DNA from: Gemmatimonadota bacterium | GTDB lineage: Bacteria > Latescibacterota > UBA2968 > UBA8231 | Direction: 5' to 3' | Length of the DNA stretch: 64,000 nt | Assembly (NCBI GenBank): GCA_018660835.1 | Contig: JABJJN010000054.1 | Coordinates: 36,877 to 100,876 of the forward strand | Shown: positions 63,226 to 64,000 of the stretch, piece by piece | Layout: the number at the start of each line of letters is the position of its first letter | Numbering within the stretch: position 1 is the first letter of the stretch | Position numbers and translations under genes: made by a program | Notes under the pieces: generated by a model | What the model was told of the DNA's origin: nothing | The model's input: only the letters and a program-made list of their open reading frames with translations | The model's database searches: none

Positions 63226-64000
63226 ATGCCTGAACCGCGATCCTTCGCCGGTACGTTGCACATGGGCAATCTGTGCAACAACAACTACAAGCTCATGATG
63301 GCTTTGCGTGGTCGCGGTGTCGATGCACGAATCATCCTTTTTGAGCGGATTACGTCGAGACACCCCGTGAGTGACCCAGCCGACTACGATCCGGACTATG
63401 ATCCGACTGCACCGCACGTGACATTGGTGCCTTTCAAAGCGCAGGGACTGAGGCAACTCGCCGCCGAAGCGTGGGCAATCCGTCGTGAGATTCGAGCCAG
63501 GAGTCCACGGCACTGGGTGCACGCCCAGTCCGAATATCCGGTGTTCGCTCATACTTTCACACGGCATTACAGCTGCCAGTCCACGGGTTCGGATCTGCGC
63601 GATGATTACCAGAAGGGGGGACCCGCCGCCCATCTGCTGCGGCGAGCGTATCGTCGAGCGCCCTTCAAGTTCCATGGCAACATCGATCTGTGGAATCACG
63701 AAGTGTCCAGATTAGGCAACTACAGCTTCCTGCCCAACGTCGTGGATTTTGCCAAGTTCCAGCCCACGGAGCAGAAGCCCAATCGACGCCTGCGGATCTT
63801 GATGCCCAGCCGCAATACCTACGACCAGCCACGCGACATCAAAGGCCATCGGATGTTAGTGGAGGCCCTGCAATCGATGCCGCCGGACTTCGAGGCCGAT
63901 CTCGTTGTCTCCGCAGAGGATCAAGGCGTGGTCGCCTTCACGGAAGCACTCGCAGATCTGGCCCCGCGCATCGGGATTGAAACCGCCCCTTTCCGAAACG
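63226..64000 (+). CDS. GT-B-fold glycosyltransferase-like protein (3' end off window)
   Basis: My own translation from ATG 63226 (after GAAGAGGTGAG) stays open for 258 codons to the window end. The ORF track omits it because it has no stop. MGNLCNNNYKLMMALRGRGVDARIILF ... HAQSEYPVFAH ... RILMPSR...KGHRMLVEAL is a GT4-like N-domain pattern. It supersedes the minus-strand ORF 63199-63699. Confidence 0.5.
   Translation, partial: MPEPRSFAGTLHMGNLCNNNYKLMMALRGRGVDARIILFERITSRHPVSDPADYDPDYDPTAPHVTLVPFKAQGLRQLAAEAWAIRREIRARSPRHWVHAQSEYPVFAHTFTRHYSCQSTGSDLRDDYQKGGPAAHLLRRAYRRAPFKFHGNIDLWNHEVSRLGNYSFLPNVVDFAKFQPTEQKPNRRLRILMPSRNTYDQPRDIKGHRMLVEALQSMPPDFEADLVVSAEDQGVVAFTEALADLAPRIGIETAPFRN

Noticed and set aside
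63199-63699. 166-aa minus-strand ORF from the track.
   Set aside because: It is entirely overlapped by a plus-strand frame that I translated from ATG 63226. That frame stays open to the window end, has an upstream purine-rich RBS and has a glycosyltransferase-like N-terminus. The minus-strand product has no recognisable features.
1-64000. tRNA, rRNA, transposase, integrase, or phage or defence-system genes.
   Set aside because: I noticed no T-loop-like GGTTCGAAT motifs or cloverleaf-sized intergenic segments. No ORF has DDE, tyrosine- or serine-recombinase, capsid or terminase, or well-known defence-system signatures. This was by eye only; a proper tRNAscan or HMM scan could still find something.

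Overview
This is a gene-dense, mostly GC-rich bacterial chromosome fragment with about 60 predicted genes. I found no rRNA, tRNA, CRISPR array, transposase or integrase by eye. All family assignments rest on motifs read from the translations; nothing was searched.

Layout:
- 3-6567: three cell-surface repeat proteins: an Asp-rich outer-membrane-like protein, an LRR lipoprotein, and a 1133-aa FG-GAP/ASPIC protein with a T9SS C-terminal sorting domain.
- 6751-9728: a spermidine-synthase-like membrane/PABS/TPR gene broken by a frameshift in a G6 run and by an in-frame TAG.
- 9835-13584: a DUF3179 lipoprotein, gamma-glutamyltransferase and an NTF2-like protein.
- 13.2-33.7 kb: a lower-GC, almost unidirectional island of about 30 short genes. 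It holds three intact GNATs plus one remnant, three nucleotidyltransferases including an ANT(6)-like one, two methyltransferases, two paralogous MBL-like proteins, a VOC/bleomycin-resistance-like protein, PhyH, an ankyrin protein, a sulfatase, a sulfotransferase, and others.
- 33.7-48.7 kb: a co-directional minus-strand string. In transcription order it runs glycyl-radical activase, a divergent glycyl-radical enzyme (GRE), an orphan 7TMR-DISM histidine kinase, a membrane protein, a CoA-binding protein, a transglutaminase-like protein, a metallophosphoesterase fusion, two ABC-2 permeases and an enolase-superfamily enzyme.
- 48.9-64 kb: an AstE/AspA-type deacylase, a ceramidase-like amidase, a heparinase II/III-like protein, a eukaryote-type UMP-CMP kinase fusion, a T9SS-sorted esterase, a second enolase-superfamily enzyme, a CDGSH/glutamate-synthase-domain fusion, a TetR unit with palindromic operators, a decayed roughly 850-nt region, and a partial glycosyltransferase-like ORF that runs off the window.

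The most interesting item is the short (725 aa) GRE. Its thiyl-Cys loop reads G-C-N-W instead of the G-C-x-E or C-C loops of the characterised classes I know.

Other recurring themes are several disrupted genes, long G/C homopolymer tracts at sensitive positions, and many eukaryote-like repeat or enzyme families that suggest a host-associated FCB-group-like organism.
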